The translations under genes were made by a program, and so were the position numbers. From positions 32,001-96,000 of IMG/VR virus record IMGVR_UViG_3300028833_000087: a stretch of 64,000 nucleotides of DNA. One strand, 5' to 3'. The DNA is from a virus (lineage: Duplodnaviria; Caudoviricetes). Shown in pieces: positions 63,255 through 64,000 of this stretch (its first letter is position 1; the number at the start of each line of letters is the position of its first letter). A model generated the notes under the pieces. It saw nothing but the letters and a program-made list of their open reading frames with translations, did no database searches and was not told the origin of the DNA.

Positions 63255-64000
63255 ATGGTTGAAGAACAGGTAATGAAGGTGCGTTTAACGTTCCTGCAGG
63301 ATGTGCTGGGAACACAGCCCACAGACTCAAAGATCTATGAGTCCTTTCTGGCTACCAAGATGAGAAAAGAAATGGAGAAATCTGGGTACAAGGAAGAGAA
63401 GATCGATGAGAAGATCAATAAGGGTATGGAAGCACTTCCGAACAACGAAGATGGGGAATTCTATCGTGATGGCGTTACGGTATTTCCTCGTCTGAAGATC
63501 AAGGAAACCGGAGAAGAGATCCCGGCTATTGAAGGATACTTACTCAAAGGATTCTTCAAGAATGCATGCTGGGCATGTGCAAAAGCAGATGGATTGTCCG
63601 CAGAACTGTCAGCTTACAAAAAGTACATTGACAATATGACTGATGTAAATGAGATCAGTCCTATCATTGTCAACGACGATGTAAAGAAATACATGGAGGA
63701 GCATAAAGGAACTCTTCCTTTATTTCAGCGTCCGATCAGAATTTCCGACAGAAATGGTGAGCGTGTAGCGCTTGCTTGCTCAGAGTATGTACCGGCTGGT
63801 AGCTATATCGATTTTGAAATCACAGCTATGTCTGAAGAGGCATTGAATTTCGTTATCGAATGGCTCAACTACGGCAAGCATAATGGACTTTGCTGCTGGA
63901 GAAATTCTGGTAAAGGAAAGTTTGACTGGATCGATCTTGATCTTGGTGCTAAGAGGGAGATTAATCCCAAAGCAATCAAGAAAAAAGGTAAGAAAAAGAA
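63255..64000 (+). CDS. Cas7/Csm3-like RAMP-fold protein (runs off the window end; absent from the ORF track)
   Basis: AGGAGG RBS, at least 248 open codons; KVRLTFLQDVLG, PAIEGYLLKGFFKNA, SEYVPAGSYIDFEI, glycine-rich loop GLCCWRNSGKGKF. Confidence 0.8.
   Translation, partial: MVEEQVMKVRLTFLQDVLGTQPTDSKIYESFLATKMRKEMEKSGYKEEKIDEKINKGMEALPNNEDGEFYRDGVTVFPRLKIKETGEEIPAIEGYLLKGFFKNACWACAKADGLSAELSAYKKYIDNMTDVNEISPIIVNDDVKKYMEEHKGTLPLFQRPIRISDRNGERVALACSEYVPAGSYIDFEITAMSEEALNFVIEWLNYGKHNGLCCWRNSGKGKFDWIDLDLGAKREINPKAIKKKGKKK

Overview
Very AT-rich, gene-dense segment of a phiKZ/AR9-like jumbo bacteriophage. Strong AGGAGG Shine-Dalgarno sites suggest a Bacillota host. Core genes: the N-terminal part of a split multisubunit RNA polymerase beta subunit (28904-33718), a divergent family-B DNA polymerase interrupted by two ORF-less group I introns (46608-49521), DnaB-like helicase, SbcD/Mre11 nuclease, PD-(D/E)XK nuclease, ThyA, HU, a tubulin/FtsZ-family protein, two cell-wall hydrolases and probable virion proteins. 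There are also two tandem expansions of small paralogous ORFs. Most notable: a ~1.17 kb non-coding array (60011-61178), bounded by a promoter and a hairpin and built from NNNG(T/C) pentamers punctuated by AAATGT-type hexamers. An HNH nuclease gene is embedded in it, and ~2 kb downstream lies a Cas7/RAMP-like gene (63255 to window end) that is missing from the ORF track. Together these form a candidate non-CRISPR RNA-guided system. Also notable: a ~490-nt ncRNA made of tandem H-type pseudoknots (candidate type III antitoxin mimic array), a circularly permuted guanylate kinase, a tRNA-like RNA with an expanded anticodon arm and several small structured RNAs. All calls come from manual motif reading; no database searches or folding programs were run.
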